Source of the DNA: Isurus oxyrinchus
Lineage: Eukaryota
Direction of reading: 5' to 3'
Length of the DNA: 64,000 bases
NCBI GenBank assembly: GCA_026770705.1
Contig: JANJGN010000013.1
Location: forward strand, 88,722,001-88,786,000
Part shown: one piece after another, positions 62,987 to 64,000 of the stretch
How positions within the stretch are numbered: position 1 is the first letter of the stretch
Layout of the letters: every line of letters starts with the position of its first letter
The notes under the pieces: generated by a model
What the model was told of the DNA's origin: nothing
Seen by the model: the letters and a program-made list of their open reading frames with translations, nothing else
Database searches by the model: none
Made by a program: the position numbers and the translations under genes

Positions 62987-63945
62987 AGGGCAGGATTTTA
63001 CCATGGGTGTCGGAACCCCAATTTTGGGACTAAATGGTGGTCCAGAGCCTGCAATTCCTGGCTCAGCAATCATCCCAGAGGTTGTCTCCATTTGGCCACC
63101 TCCAGATCTGTTGTATAATTAAGGATGGCGGGCAGGAAGCAGATTCTGCTGCTACAATCAGAGGGCTGGCAGCTCTATAATCTTGGCAGCTCCACAAGGA
63201 GAGGCAGGGCTGCTGAGGCAGCTAGGAGTTCAAAAATGTGCCTCGCTGAATCTTCCACTATCAAGATCCTGGGGTTACCATTGACCGGAACCTGAACTGG
63301 ACTAGCCATATAGACAATCTGGCTTCAAGAGCAGGTCAGAGGCTAGGGTCCTGAAGTGACTAACTCCCCAAAGCCTGTCAACCATCTACAAGGCACAAGT
63401 CAGGAGTGTGAGGGAATACTCCCCACTTACCTGGATGAGTGCAGCTCGAACAACACTCAAGAAGCTTGACACCATCTAGGACAAAGCAGCCCACTTGATT
63501 GGCACCCCATCCACAAACGTTCACTCCCTCCACCACCTACATAAAGTGGCTGCAGTGATGCACTGCAGGAACAGACACATGGGAGCACCACCACCTGCAA
63601 GTTCCCCTCCAAGTCACTCACCATCCTGATTTGGAACTATATCGCAGTTCCTTCACTGTCACTGGGTCAAAATCCTGGAACTCCCTTCCTAACAGCACCA
63701 TGGATGTACCTACACTACATGGACTGCAGTGGTTCAAGAAGGCAGCTCACCACCAGCTTCTCGAGGGCAATTAGGGATGGGCAATAAATTTTGGCCTAGC
63801 CAGCGACGCCAACATCCTGTGAACGAATAAAAAAAAACTTCAGGACTGCATCAGGGAACTATTCTGAGACAGCTTCCCACAATTTTCCCAGCCCCTTCCA
63901 CACTCCTCCCCTTCCCCACAACCCTGCGGCTGGAAAAATCCTGCA
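62987..63945. mobile_element. MITE-like element interrupted by a + strand LINE 3' fragment (about 63246-63838)
   Basis: Termini GGGCAGGATTTT / AAAATCCTGCAC; internal EYSPLTWMSAARTTLKKLDTI LINE segment with an A-tail at about 63838. Confidence 0.65.
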
Positions 63946-64000
63946 CAAAGGATTTTCCTTCACTAAAAGATATCAGTGAACCAATGAGTCTTGCATTTTG

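Overview
Vertebrate genomic DNA. The repeat content (Deu-domain SINEs, several CR1/L2-clade LINE families, Penelope-type hairpin inserts) points to a cartilaginous fish, probably a shark; this is inferred, not proven. The window lies inside a + strand SOX5 (SoxD) gene. Five internal coding exons (11009-11135, 24664-24743, 46433-46579, 52890-53070, 61520-61692; 708 nt, 236 codons) splice in frame at GT-AG sites and encode the region between the Q-box and the HMG box. The rest is intronic, and most ORF-track entries are decayed retroelement fragments or chance ORFs. Main observations: (1) young fold-back inserts with long target-site duplications carrying a minimal hammerhead-ribozyme-like motif with a non-canonical core; (2) a chimeric templated insertion copied from two nearby loci; (3) a 49-bp minisatellite derived from a SINE-like element; (4) PIF/Harbinger-like MITEs plus a 3.8-kb element with an intron-containing Myb/SANT + AT-hook pseudogene and no recognisable transposase; (5) deep nesting of elements; (6) repeat-free candidate enhancers. 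Family names come from recognition by eye, not database searches, and boundaries of old repeats are approximate.
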